A stretch of 64,000 nt of DNA from Octopus vulgaris (lineage: Eukaryota): the NCBI GenBank assembly GCA_951406725.2, contig OX597842.1, positions 930,001-994,000 on the forward strand. The letters run 5' to 3'. Below are positions 29,281 through 42,661 of the stretch, in pieces. Every line of letters starts with the position of its first letter. Position 1 is the stretch's first letter. The notes beneath the pieces were generated by a model. It saw nothing but the letters and a program-made list of their open reading frames with translations. It searched no databases and was not told where the DNA came from. Position numbers and translations under genes: made by a program.

Positions 29281-29504
29281 AACACAAACACACATATGTA
29301 TGTATATATGTATGTATGTGTGTGTGTGTCTGTGTCTGTCTTTGTCCTTGCGCCATTGTCTGACAACATACCCTTAACTTAGTAGTTTGTCAAACGAAAT
29401 GGATAGAAAAGTACTAGGCTTACAAAAAATAAGTCCTGTTCATCTAAAGGTGGTGCTCCAGCATGGCCACAGTCAAATGACTGAAACAAGTAAAAGAATA
29501 AAAG

Positions 29505-29505
<1 letters not shown>
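29081..29505 (+). mobile_element. SINE A, diverged
   Basis: Head plus partially deleted tail. Confidence 0.85.
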
Positions 29506-29545
<40 letters not shown>

Positions 29546-29548
<3 letters not shown>

Positions 29549-29720
29549 GGAATTTACAGAATAACAAAAGACAAAGACAGGTGTATAAACAACAAACATG
29601 TGTATTAGTTTAACACTTGGAGAGATGAGAAAGTCTTTTACATTTCGAGCCTACGCTCTTCAGCAGAGAGGAACATGAGAAAGTATAGAGAGAGAGAATT
29701 AAAAAAGCTTTAGCAATCAA
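29546..29720 (-). mobile_element. Penelope-like end with degenerate hammerhead (29634-29670)
   Basis: Minus strand CTGCTGA-A-GAGC-GTAG-GCTC-GAAA-TGTA; same family as 40702-40900 and 40965-41098; abuts (TA)n. Confidence 0.6.
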
Positions 29721-29769
29721 TCTATTATTATTACTATTATGAAAGAATAAAGGAATAACAGAATACAAA

Positions 29770-30075
29770 GCATGAATGATACTGTGAGGAGGTGTTTGGT
29801 GGCTGATATGCCTTGATCAATAGATCAATGATAAAGAAAATGACAAAACTATAAAAACTGTAAAATATGTAGACTTGAGAATATATTTCGAGAGAATGTG
29901 GAATATGAAATCAAGAGTGGTACCAATTATGATTAGCAGAGTTGAGTGAGTGATGAGGAATCTTCCAGAAACTCTTTGACACAATTGGAATCTGTCTCAG
30001 CATTATGGCATTGCAAAAGGCAGCACTTTTGTTAACAGGAAATATCCTGTGGAAAGTAGTGTCAATCTGGGGTTA
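29770..30075 (+). pseudogene. Highly decayed R4/Dong-like endonuclease C-terminus
   Basis: Translates in pieces to KYVDLR...RMWNMKSRVVPIMI and LQKAALLLTGNIL, paralleling the ORF at 62248-62691. Confidence 0.6.
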
Positions 30076-30624
30076 CACGATTTGATAGGGAGACATTTAA
30101 ATTATTGAGGGTTCAAGGGGTGATGGGGAAACAAATACAAACACAAAAACAAACACACATAGATATATATATATACAGAGAGAAAGACAGACGGACAGAC
30201 AAACAGACAGATAGAAAATGGTGAAAGAGTGGGGGAGAGAAAAAGGGGATTAGAGACAGTTTCTGCCTACCAATTCCACTCACAAGGATTTGGTCAGGTT
30301 GAGATTAGTGTAGAAGACACATGCCCAAGGTGCCACACAATGGGATTGAACCCAGAACCATGTGGTTGGGAAGCAAGCATTTTATAACACAGCCACTCTT
30401 GCACCTATTTAAACATACATACAAATATATACATACATATTCACACAGATATATACAGAAATGTATACATACATGTATTTACATGCATATACAATTCTTT
30501 GAAATCTCTGCTGCATCTCAGACATGCTGGAGTACCGCCATGGATATATATATATATACATATATACATATATATATACACATACATAAAGATGCATACA
30601 TATATCTAATTCTCTTTCTTTTTC

Positions 30625-30962
30625 TCTCTCTCTCTCTCTCTACATCTATCTACCTGTCTATTCCATCTAACTGTCTAATTTCCATATATCTATCTATCTG
30701 CCTATATCTCGCTCTCTCTCTATCAATCTATTCTATTCTATCTATCTATCTGTCTACCTATCTATCTACCTGTCTGTCTATCTATCTATCCTATTCTATC
30801 TGTCTATTTGTCTGTCTGTCTATTTGTCTGTCTATCTATCTATCTACCTGTCTGTCTATCTATCTACCTGTCTGTCTATCTATCTATCTATCTATCTATA
30901 TATCCATCCCATCTACCAATCTATCTATCTATCTATCTATCCTATCCTATCCTATCCTATTC
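30625..30962. repeat. (TATC/TGTC)n tetranucleotide tract
   Basis: Imperfect TCTA run. Confidence 0.92.
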
Positions 30963-31329
30963 TGTTAATCAATTTATATGTGTGTTTGTATGGGTGTATG
31001 TATTTATGCACGTATGTCCTTGATTTAATTTTAGCTGCCATGCAGTCAATTAAAAGCATTAATGGTTTGCATGTTGGAGTTAACAGCCAATAAATAGCTT
31101 AGTCGTAATTTCAATAGAAGTAGATACAAGGTAAGGTGAGGCAATGGGGTAGGGGGTGGGGCATTGTTTAAACAGGCATTTCTGGGAACAGGGGATCGGC
31201 GGGGGTGAGGGCTGAATCCTTCTTGGGAAATAGTGTGGAATGGAGTTGGACGGTGAGTATTCTTCAAGATATAGACTGAAGGATTACAAGAACTGGAAGA
31301 AGAAAATGAAGGAGATCTCATGTGTGTGG

Positions 31330-31371
<42 letters not shown>

Positions 31372-31422
31372 CAAAGTGTACGTCTATGTGTGTATCTCTC
31401 ATTATCTCCCTCTCTCTCTCTC

Positions 31423-31466
<44 letters not shown>

Positions 31467-31586
31467 AACACATTTATATATCAACCAGAACTTAGTACAA
31501 GTGTATAGATATTTGTATATATATATGCATATGTGTGTGTGTGTGTATGCTAACTACTGAGATGTGCCTCTGTATGTGTGTATATA

Positions 31587-31676
<90 letters not shown>

Positions 31677-32763
31677 TATGCATACACACATTTTTATATA
31701 TAGACAGGTGCATTTGTATAAGTGTATGTGTGTGTAAAAGACCAAGTGTGTATAAAGATATATATATACACATGTACATAAGGGTGTGAGTATATATATA
31801 TGTATGTATATATATTTACACACACACACATATATATAGAGGGAATGATGTGTACATATATATATATATAAACCCATACATATGCATATATGTATATATA
31901 TACACACACACCCACGTAATGTATATATAAATTGAGGGCAATAACCCAATAAACAAAAACCAATTACATTTTCATTCTTCAGTTTTTCTTAGTCAGGCAA
32001 TAACAACAACAGCAAAAACAACAATATTTCTATTACTATCATCATCATCATCATCATACTGCAATGTCCTCCCATCATTCACCCTTGTGGCAAATACTTA
32101 TTATTATCATTGTTGTTGTTGTTATTATTATTATTATTATTATTGTTACATGATGCCTGTTTTTTGCAAGAATTTATAAATTGCTCCCAAGTCTCAACCA
32201 GAGATATCAAGGAATTATTATTATTTTTATCATTATTATTATTATTATTATTATTATCATCATCATAATTATATCATCATTATTGTTGTTATTATTTTAT
32301 TGATTATTCCTATTATCGTTGTTGTTGTTATTATTATCATTATTATTATTACCATTATTATAATCAAGGCAGAGGGCTGGCAGAATCAGTAACTCACCAG
32401 TAACACACATGACCTTGAAGGTGGGGCCTAGTTAGAATTTTCTTCTGGTTGAGTAGCCCATCCTGCTCAAAAGGTCCCTGTTTCATTTAAGGATATTGAA
32501 CGAAACACCCATGTTTCCAGAGGTGAATTATTCAAGCGCCAAAGAATCCCTCTCAACACACGGCTATGATGCTCCCCCACTACTTAACGGCATTTCGCCA
32601 ATCACCTACATTCTGGGTTCAAATTCCGCCGAGGTTGACTTTGCCTTTCATCCTTTCAGGGTTGATAAAATAAGTACCAGTCACGCACTGGGGTCAATGT
32701 GATCAACTTACTCCTCTCCCAAAATTTCAGGCCTTGTGCCTGCACTAGAAAGGATTATTATTA

Positions 32764-32804
<41 letters not shown>

Positions 32805-33002
32805 GCTGGCAGAATTGTTAGCATGCTGGGTGAAATACTTGGTGGTATTTCATCTGCCGTTAGGTTTTAAGTTCAAATTCTGCCTTTCATCCTTTCACGG
32901 TCAATAAAATTAGTACCAGTTATGAACTGGGGGTTGATGAAATCGACTTAATCTCTTTCCCCAAAATTTGAGGTCTTGTGCTTCCAGCAGAGATGATTAT
33001 TA

Positions 33003-33039
<37 letters not shown>

Positions 33040-33589
33040 GGAGTGAGAGAGCAGTGCATGCCATCAAAGTGACACTGGGGTAAAATATACGAAGCCCAGT
33101 ATACCCATCATGACTACCCGTCTGATAAGGGTACACCAGGCACATGCATCACAACCATGTGTGCCTGACATGGTGATCTCATATCAAGATAAACAGCGCA
33201 TGACCTTGCAGGTGGGGCCCAGTTAAAATTTTCTTCTGGTCAAGTAGCCCGTCCTACTCAAACGGTCCCTGAATAAGGGTTGTTTAAGGATGTTGAACAA
33301 ACCACCCATGTTTCCAGAGGTGAATTATTCAAATCCCAAAGAATCCCTCTCAACACATGGCTATGATGCTCCCCCACTACTTCTGCTCGTGATCAGAGAT
33401 GCACATATCGTCAGCCACTAAGGGACATGCTCAACTGGTTAAGGTCAAACAACTGACAAGCAAATCTGTGGTATTGAGCAGAATATTTGCTGTAGCCCAT
33501 CTTTTATACCAAGACAAAACAATGTACATGATAACACTTCCAATCAGTTAAGATCAGAAGCCACGAGAGCCACTGCCTGGTACTGCATC
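33040..33589 (-). mobile_element. Family D, near full length
   Basis: Reverse complement of 10429-10978; (TTA)n on both sides. A further internal fragment lies at about 32405-32583. Confidence 0.9.
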
Positions 33590-33626
<37 letters not shown>

Positions 33627-33747
33627 TTTTTTTTTTATTTTCATTTTAATTATTATTATTATTATTATCATAATTATTATTATTATTATTATTATCATTA
33701 TTACTATTATTATTAATATTATTATTATTATTATCATTATCACTATT

Positions 33748-33809
<62 letters not shown>

Positions 33810-33991
33810 TATCATTATTACTATTATTATTACTATTACTATTATTATTATTATTATTATTATCATTATTACTATTATTATTATTATCATTTTTACTATT
33901 ATTATTATCATTATTACTATTATTATTACTATTACTATTATTATTATTATTATTATTATTATTATCATTATTACTATTATTATTACTATTT

Positions 33992-34041
<50 letters not shown>

Positions 34042-35182
34042 TTCATTATAATCATTATTATTATTATTAGCATTATAATCATTATTATTATTATTACTAC
34101 TGCCATTTGCTAATCTCTTTCAACTCTTTTTCTCCTCCACATCTTTCAATTCTCTTTTTTTAATCTATATTCTATCAAGTGTTGGTGCTGTTGTTGTCAT
34201 TGTTGTTTGTTTGCCAATATCTTTTTTTTGGTCTTTTTTTTCTTGTTTGGTCTGTGTGTGTGTGTGTGTGTGTCCCCCCCCACCACTTTTCCTTTCCTCT
34301 TTGCCATACTTCACCCTCCGCTTCTCTTTCTCTCACCTTGGCTCCACAGATGTGCCTCTCCATCATTGATCTCACCCTCCGTCTTCAGACGGACAACAAC
34401 AACAACTGTTACTGCTAGTACTAACACCACTACTAGCACAACAGCTACTACTACTACTACAACTACTACAACTACTACAACTACTACTACTCCTTCTTCT
34501 TCTTCTTCTTCTACTACTACTTCTTCTTCTACTACTACTACTTCTACTACTACTACCACTACTTCTACTACTACTACTACTACTACTACTGCTACTACTA
34601 CCATCACTACAACAACTACTACTGCAATTTACTACAATACTACTACTACTATTTCTATGACTACTACTACTACAACTACTACTACATTGCAAGCATGTGC
34701 ACTGACAGCCACTCCAACAACAGCTGCAACAGCAACACAAACAAACAAAAAAAACAACACAAATGAACAATAAAAACTGAATAATATATAACAACAACAA
34801 GATATAATGATGATGATGATGATGATGGGCAGGAATATAGCACTGATGGTGGTGGTGGTGGTGATAGTGGTGGTGGTGATGCTGCCAATGATGATAGTGA
34901 TAATGATGATGGTGATGATGATGATGGTGGTGGTGGTGATTATGATGATGATGATGTTGATGCTGACAAATATTATTACTGCTTTTATTTTTACTGACAA
35001 TAACAATTAGAACAACATAACAACCATAATCATATTAATAACAATAACAACAACAACAATAATAATAATAATAATAATAATAATGATGATGATGATGATA
35101 ATAATAATAATAACAATTAATAATGATAATAATAATAAAAATAATAACAATTAATAATGATAATAATATTAATAATAACAAC

Positions 35183-35229
<47 letters not shown>

Positions 35230-35700
35230 TAATAATTATAATAATATTAATAATAATAACAATTATAATAATAATAATAATAATAATAACAATAATAATA
35301 TTAATAATAATAACAATTATAATAATAATATTAATAATAATAACAATAATAATAATAATAATAATAATAACAATAATAATAATAATAATAATAACAATAA
35401 TAATTATAATAATATTAATAATAATAACAATTATAATAATAATATTAATAATAATAACAATAATAATAATAATAATAATAATAACAATAATAATGATAAT
35501 AAAATTAATAATAATAACAATTATAATAATAATAATAATAATAATAACAATAATAATAATGATAATAATATTAATAATAATAACAATAATAATAATAATG
35601 ATAATAATAATATTAGGATGATGATGATGATAATATTTATGATGATGATGATGATAATAATAATAACAATAATAATAATGATAATGATATCAATAATGCT
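33590..35700. repeat. Compound trinucleotide region: (TTA)n, (ACT)n, (GAT/GGT)n, (AAT)n
   Basis: Consecutive triplet arrays separated by short unique spacers. Confidence 0.9.
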
Positions 35701-36530
35701 GAAGAAAAACTTAAGAAAAATATATATATAGGAGTCTGCTTCAAAGAGAAGGGGGTGCAGATAGGAGGGGGGAAGTTGTTCTTATTAATGATGATGATGA
35801 TGATAATGGCAAAAAGAAAGAAGAAGAATTGGAAGAAGAAGAAGAAGAAGAAGAAGAAGTTGTGGTAGTGTAGGTGGTGGTGGTGGTGGTGGTAGAAGTA
35901 TAAAAAAAAGAAAGAATTATGGCAAGCATCTAGATATTTCTAATTTAGTTTATGCAAATTTCTATGGAGAGAGGTTAATGGGTTCATCTATTCCCAGAAT
36001 GCATTTCCTGATGTTATCTCTTGGAGGGGAGAGAGAAGAGGAGAGACCAAAACAATACATACATGCATAAATATATATATATGCCACACACATACATATG
36101 TATATGTTTATATATAATGTATATATACACACACACACATATGCATATGTATATGTGCACACATCTATCTATATGTCTATATATACATATATGTATATAT
36201 ATATGCCCATACATATGTATATGTGTATATATATATATGTGCATATGTATATATCTATCTGTATATATGTATGTGTGTGATATGTATATATGTATGTATG
36301 TATGTATGTATGTACACACACACAACCTGAAGACATAATAGACAGGAAGAAACTGTATACATATTTAATGAAAGACAATCTCCCCAGTCACATGGTAACA
36401 GCCTAATTCTTTCTGCTAAATCTTTGTCTGATGTCAATAAATTCGGTTTTTTTCTGAGTGAATTTCTGTTGGTTATCTTTTTATAAATGTTGTTCAACAC
36501 CAGGTCAGCTCAGCTACAGCAGATCTATGA

Positions 36531-37192
36531 TAAAAGACACTCCAACAGTGGCCATCCTACCTGGTCTCTATGTATAGTGTGTGCAAGATCCTATTATTTA
36601 AAAGACACTCCAGCAATGGCCTTCCTATCTGATCCCTATGTGGAATGAGGGGGAGATCCTATTATACGAAAGACACTCCAACAATGGCCACCCTATCTGG
36701 TCCCTATATACAATGAGTGCAAAATCCTATTATTCAAAAGACACTCCAACAGTGGCCATCCTCTCCGGTCCCTATGTACAATGACTGTGAGAGCCTATTT
36801 AAAAGACACTCTAGCAATGGCCATCCTCTCTGGTCCATATGTACAATGAGTGCAAGATCCTATTATTTAAAAGACACTCCATCAATGGCCATCCTGTCTG
36901 GTCCCTATGTATAATGAGTGCAAAATCCTATTATTCAAAAGACACTCCAACAGTGGCCATTCTATCTGGTTCCTATTTACAGTGTGTAAAAGATCTTATT
37001 ATTTCAGACACTCCAGCTATGGCCATCCTATTTGGTCCCTGTGTACAATGAGTGCAAGATCCTATTATTTCAGACACTCCAACAATGGCCATCCTATCTG
37101 GTCCCGATGTACAATGAGTGCAATATCCTATTATTTAAAAGACACTCCAGCAATGGCCATCCTATCTCGTCCTTATGTACTGTGAGTGCAAG
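36531..37192 (+). repeat. 68-bp minisatellite, about 10 copies
   Basis: Unit AAAAGACACTCCAGCAATGGCCATCCTATCTGGTCCCTATGTACAATGAGTGCAAGATCCTATTATTT. Confidence 0.95.
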
Positions 37193-37578
37193 ACCACATT
37201 ATGTAATGTATTTGTCTTTAGGTCAATGGCCTAATGGTTAAGGAGCCTGATTTGCAACCATGTGGTTTTGGGTTCAGTCCCAGCATGTGGAATCTTGGGC
37301 AAGTGTCTTCTTCTACAGGACTGGATTGAACCAATACCTTGAGGTTAAATTTGAAACATGGAAATTGCATGGAAGCTTACTGAAGTTCTTCTTGCAACAA
37401 TACAGTTTGAGGTTCAGTCCCACTGTGTGGCACTTCTGGCAAGTGTATTATATGGACAAGATAAGCAATGCCGTTTGAGTAATTTTGGAAGATGACAACT
37501 GTGTGGAAGCCTATCAATTGTACTAGACTATCAATTCATGATACTGAACTTTGGTTAGAGACGGTTAGCAACAGAGCT

Positions 37579-38362
37579 GGCAGTGAGCTGGCAGAAATGT
37601 TAGCACACCAGGCGAAATCCGTAGCGGTATTTCGTCTGCTGCTATGTTCTAAGTTCAAATTCCGCTGAGGTCGACTTTGTTTTTCATCCTTTTAGGGTCG
37701 ATAAATTAAGTACCAGTTATGCACTGGGGTCGATGTAATCAACTTAATCCATTTGTCTGTCCTTGTTTGTCACTTCTGTCTTTAGCCCCTTGTGGGTAGT
37801 AAAGAAATAGGTATTTCGTCTGCCGTTACATTCTGAGTTCAAATTCCCCCAAGGTCGACTTTGCCTTTCATCCTTTCGGGATCGATAAATGAAGTACCAG
37901 TTATGCACTGGGTTCGATGTAATCGACTCATTCCATTTGTCTGTCCTTGTTTGTCCTCTCTGTGTTTAGCCCCTTGTGGGTAGTAAAGAAATAGGTATTT
38001 CGTCTGCCGTTACGTTCTGAGTTCAAATTCCCCCGAGGTCGACTTTGCCTTTCATCCTTTCGGGGTCGATTAAACAAGTACCAATTACGCACTGGGCTTG
38101 ATGTAATCGACTTAGTCCATCTGTCTGCTCTTGTTTGTCACATCTGTGTTTAGCCCCTTGTGGGTAGTAAAGAAATAGGTATTTCGTCTGCCATTACGTT
38201 CTGAGTTCAAATTCTGCCGAGGTCGACTTTGCCTTTCATTCTTTCGGGGGTCAATAAATTAAGTACCAGTTACGCACTGGGGTCGATGTAATCGACTTAG
38301 TCCATCTGTCTGTTCTTGTTTGTCCCCTCTGTGTTTAGCCCCTTGTGGGTAGTGAAGAAATA
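37579..38362 (+). mobile_element. SINE B tetramer (about 184-bp period)
   Basis: One full head plus three units joined at AAGAAATAG|GTATTTCG; imperfect flanking repeat AGACGGTTAGCAACAG / AGACTGTAAACAACAG. Confidence 0.93.
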
Positions 38363-38546
38363 AGACTGTAAACAACAGTGTGAAGCTCTTTCACTTCTAT
38401 TACATGAATCCCATAGATTCAATAGAACTCGGCCTTGTCACACAATGTGGAAGTTAGCATACTTAGGATAATGAATAACATGATCTCCACCCAATATGCA
38501 AATCCCATGAAACAAAGGAAAAAAGAAAAAATATGTATGTACATAG

Positions 38547-39001
38547 ATGCAGGAGTGACTGTGTGGTAAGTAGCTTGCTTACCAACCACATGGTTCTGAG
38601 TTCTGTCCCACTGTGTGACACCTTGGGCAAGTGTCTTCTACTATAGCCTAGGGCTAACCAAAGCTTTGTGAGTGGATTTGGTAGACGGAAACTGAAAAGA
38701 AGCCTGTCATATATGTGTGTGTGTGTCAAATGACTGAAACAAGTAAAAACAGAAAAGAGACCGATAGAATAAGTACTAGGCTTACAAAGAATAAGCCCTG
38801 GGGTCGATTTGCTCGACTAAAAGGCGGTGCTCCAGCATGGCCACAGTCAAATGACTGAAACAAGTAAAAGAGTAAAAGAGAAAAGAGACCGATAGAATAA
38901 GTACTGGGCTTACAAAGAATAAGTCCCGGGGTCGATTTGCTCGACTAAAAGGCGGTGCTCCAGCATGGCCACAGTCAAATGACTGAAACAAGTAAAAGAG
39001 A
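38547..39001 (+). mobile_element. SINE A head plus tandem 3' ends
   Basis: CAAATGACTGAAACAAGTAAAA occurs three times. Confidence 0.9.
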
Positions 39002-40030
39002 GTATAGAGTAAAGAGAGTGCACAAGAACATGTGCATGCTGGCGTGCACACACATACGCATGCGTGCACGCATGCAACAAATTTCAAACAGACAAACGTG
39101 GCCTTTGTAATGGACGAAGTCAAAAGTCATTGAAAAGGTCGCAAGAAGTAACGAAAGTGCTTTGACCAATAAAAACAAAACAAATTAGTTGGATAATTAA
39201 CCAACTGACTAATCAGTATGTGTGTTAATTAAATATTGACATAATGACTCTCCGCAGAAACAAGAAAAGATTCTTTTTTTAAATTTCCTATTTTTTAGCT
39301 GAATAATCTATATTTGAAAATATTTACAGAGACATGGCTGTGTGGTAAGAAGTTAGCTTCCCAGCCTCACGGTTCTGGGTTCAATCCCATTGTATAGCAC
39401 CTTGGGTAAGTGGGCAAGTGTTTTCTACTATAGCATTGGGCTGTTCAAAGCTGTTGTGAGTGAATTTAATAGACAGAAATTGAAAGAAGCTCATTGTGTG
39501 TGTGTGTGTATATATCTCCTGTCTTTTGTTCTCACGTGACCGCTAGCCACTGTTGAGCGCTCTTTTCGTTCCAGCAGTCGCCGAAGCAACACGTATTTGT
39601 TCGTCTCCCTGCGGCCATTAGGCACAACTTCATAAGCCAGCCCCATACTCAACTCGTCCTGTCGAAAGACCCTTGTCCTACGTCCTGGTTTTGTTTTGTT
39701 TTTTATTTTTTATTTTTACCGTTATTGTTTTTACGTTTTTGTATTCTTATTGGTGTCACGTATTCTGTATTTTTGTTCGTGTACTTCGTTCGTTTTCCGT
39801 CCTCGTGTTGTATACATTCGAAGCTTTCTTCCAGGGGATCTAATGCGCTTGGCTTAGATTTCCCTTGGCGGGCTGCCCAAATCGGAGCAATCTCAAGATT
39901 AATCAGCCGAAATTGCTAAGATGAGCTGGTTCTTGACTGATGACTGAGGGCTTCGAATGTCCCGTCCTGTGGTTCTTGTGTTGTCTCTGTGGTGTTTCAT
40001 GTTCTTGTCCATGTCTGTAATTATTTTTAC

Positions 40031-40064
<34 letters not shown>

Positions 40065-40068
<4 letters not shown>

Positions 40069-40250
40069 ATCCAAACAAGAAAGCACAAAAAAAAACACAA
40101 TGCGAGGACGTGGAACAAATATAGTATTATTGGACGCTCAGGAAAGAAGGAAAGAAGGAGGGTTTAACGTTTTGAGCGGAGCTCTTCGTCAAAAACATAG
40201 GAGAAGGAAAGATCCAGAGAAGGGAAGACAGAGGAAAAAAATCGCCAAAC
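40065..40250 (-). mobile_element. Penelope-like end with decayed hammerhead (40162-40196)
   Basis: Minus strand GTTT-TTGACGA-A-GAGC-TCC-GCTC-AAAA-CGTT-AAAC; two core substitutions; flanked by (TA)n. Confidence 0.6.
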
Positions 40251-40270
40251 AACATATATATATATATATT

Positions 40271-40428
40271 GGTGCAGGAGTGGCAGTGTGATGAGTAGCT
40301 AGCTTACCATATGGTTCCGGGTTCAGTCCCACTGTGTGGCAACTTGGGCAAGTGTCTTCTACTATAGCCTCAGGCCGACCAAAGCCTTGTGAGTGGATTT
40401 GGTAGATGGAAAGTGAAAGAAGCCCATC

Positions 40429-40462
<34 letters not shown>

Positions 40463-40640
40463 TTGTCCCCCCAACATCGCTGGACAACCGATGTTGATGT
40501 GTTTACATCCCAGTAAAATAGTGGTTCAGCAAAAGAGACCGATAGAATAAGTACTAGACTAACAAAGAATAACTCCTAGGGTCAATTTGTTTGACCAAAG
40601 GCGGTGCTGCCTCATGGCCACAGTGAAATGATGGAAACAA
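40271..40640 (+). mobile_element. SINE A
   Basis: Match to family A. Confidence 0.9.
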
Positions 40641-40654
40641 GTAAAAGAATAAAA

Positions 40655-40704
<50 letters not shown>

Positions 40705-40799
40705 GGGAAGGTTTACGAAAATAAACAAAAGACGAAGGCAGGTGGAGTACAAACAAACAAATGTATTAGTATGGCCCTCAGGAATAGAGATAAAACAAG

Positions 40800-40837
40800 T
40801 CTTTTACGTTTCGAGCCTACGCTCTTCGACAGAAAGA
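40800..40837 (-). ncRNA. Minimal hammerhead-like motif with variant core, within PLE-like end 40702-40900
   Basis: TCTTT / CTGTCGA / A / GAGC-GTAG-GCTC / GAAA / CGTA / AAAGA. Stems I and II pair perfectly; core position 6 is U instead of A. Confidence 0.6.
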
Positions 40838-40897
40838 TACACAGAAAAGAAAGAAGGAGAGAAAAAAATTGCGTGTAGGGGCTAACGATCCAACATG

Positions 40898-40964
<67 letters not shown>

Positions 40965-40966
<2 letters not shown>

Positions 40967-41098
40967 GAAATACAAAAGATAAAGACAGGTGTATAAACAA
41001 CAAACAGTTGTATTAGTTTAATGCTCGGGAAGGTGACAAAGTCTTTTACGTTTTGAGCCTATGCTCTTCAGCAGAGAGGAACATGAGAAAGTAAAGAG
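40965..41098 (-). mobile_element. Penelope-like end, same family as 29546-29720
   Basis: Near-identical AAAGACAGGTGTATAAACAACAAAC...GCTCTTCAGCAGAGAGGAACATGAGAAAG. Confidence 0.6.
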
Positions 41099-41392
41099 TT
41101 TAATCATGAAATCGTAATGCCTTGATATATGAGTTAATTTGTTTCCAGAAACTATTCATAAATTGAAAACTCATAAGGCAGAGCAATAATTTCCGATAGA
41201 AGCAATGTTATAAATCATATTTCATTCCCAGAAAAATATTTTACCTATAAAATTTATAATACTCAATGGCAATAAAATAACAGCAGAATGTAAGGAATAT
41301 TTTCTACAAAGTAAAAAGAATGTCAAGATCTATTTCGTTTTTGGATTTTGTTTGCAAGATTCTTTATATGAGTTCGTGTGTTGAAGCATATT

Positions 41393-41601
41393 CTGTTGTA
41401 TCTAGGGAGACCCATTTTCTTTTTGTGCCTTATAATGTAACACACTCACTATTAAAATTTCTACTTAAGACTATTGAAAAGGTTGCAAGATGCAATGAAA
41501 ATTTCAGGAAAATAAAAATAAGAAATAAGTGGAAATTTTACCAGTGCGTGTCTTAAATTATAAGGCACAAAAAGAAAATGACTCTCCCCAGACACAACAG
41601 A
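41393..41601. repeat. Imperfect inverted repeat (about 75-bp arms)
   Basis: CATTTTCTTTTTGTGCCTTATAAT versus ATTATAAGGCACAAAAAGAAAATG. Confidence 0.85.
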
Positions 41602-41863
41602 TCATTTATAATTAAAAAAAATATTATTATTATAATTGGTTTTTTAATCACTTTCATTTGCACTAGACTCATACACACCATCACTTGTAGACAAGACCAC
41701 CGATTCACAAGCATTCGTAGAGAGACTTGTAGATTTCTTTTTAAAATATGAATCTAGAGTTGTTTGCTTAGAAGATTTTTTCACTCTCTATAAATTTTTG
41801 GTAACACACAGAAGCACAGAAGCATTTGTTATGGTAGTAGAAACTTTTGTACTTTGTACCAAA

Positions 41864-42242
41864 GGTGGCAAGCTGGCAGAAACGTTAGCTGTTATGTTCT
41901 GAGTTCAAATTCCGCCGAGGTCAACTTTGCCTTTCATCCTTTCGGGGTCAATAAATTAAGTACCAGTTACGCACTGGGGTCAATATAATCGACTTAATCC
42001 CTTTGTCTGTCCTTGTTTGTCTCCTCTGTGTTTAGCCCCTTGTGGGTGGTAAAGAAATAGGTATTTCATCTGCTGTTACATTCTGAGTTCCAATTCCTCC
42101 GAGGTTGACTTTGCCTTTCATCCTTTCGGGGTCGATAAATTAAGTACCAGTTACGCACTGGATCGATGTAATCGACTTAATCCCTTTGTCTGTCCTTGTT
42201 TGTCTCCTCTATGTTTAGCCCCTTGTGGGTAATAAAGAAATA
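41864..42242 (+). mobile_element. SINE B dimer
   Basis: Flanking direct repeat AGAAACTTTTGTACTTTGT at 41839-41857 and 42243-42261. Confidence 0.93.
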
Positions 42243-42351
42243 AGAAACTTTTGTACTTTGTTCAACTTTGGATCTTGTGCTTGAAAAATTTATCATAAAG
42301 TAAAACTTGTAAACCCGGGATCTTGTAAAGAGGGTCCTCGTAAGGTGAAGT

Positions 42352-42600
42352 ATCATCATCATTTATTGATGATATTTTATTGTATCATTTATTGTCCGCT
42401 TTCTCTGCTGGCATGGGTTGGACGGTTTGACAGAGGGCTGGCAAGCAACAGCACTGCACCAAGCTCTCATCTGATCTGGCAAGGTTTCTACAGCTGGATG
42501 CTCTTCCTAACACCAACCACTCCAAGAGTGTAGTGGGTGCTTTTTACATGCCACTGGCATGAGGGCCAGTCAGGCAGTACTGGCATTGACCATGCTTGAA
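42352..42600 (-). mobile_element. 3' UTR fragment of the RTE family seen at 21203-22272
   Basis: TTCTACAGCTGGATGC...ACCAACCACTCCAAGAGTGTAGTGGGTGCTTTTTAC is the reverse complement of about 22098-22160. Confidence 0.8.
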
Positions 42601-42661
42601 TGATACTTTTTATCCATTGATACATTTTGTACAATTTTTCCATTATATATATATATATATA

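Noticed and set aside
34207-34773. Thr/Ser-rich mucin-like ORF
   Set aside because: ACT/TCT triplet repeats embedded in other microsatellites; no donor site or domain evidence.
36531-37192. CRISPR-like regular repeat
   Set aside because: Whole 68-bp units are homologous, with no unique spacers or cas genes, in a eukaryotic context.
39905-39950. GAAA...CTGATGA as a permuted hammerhead
   Set aside because: Stems I and III cannot be paired convincingly.
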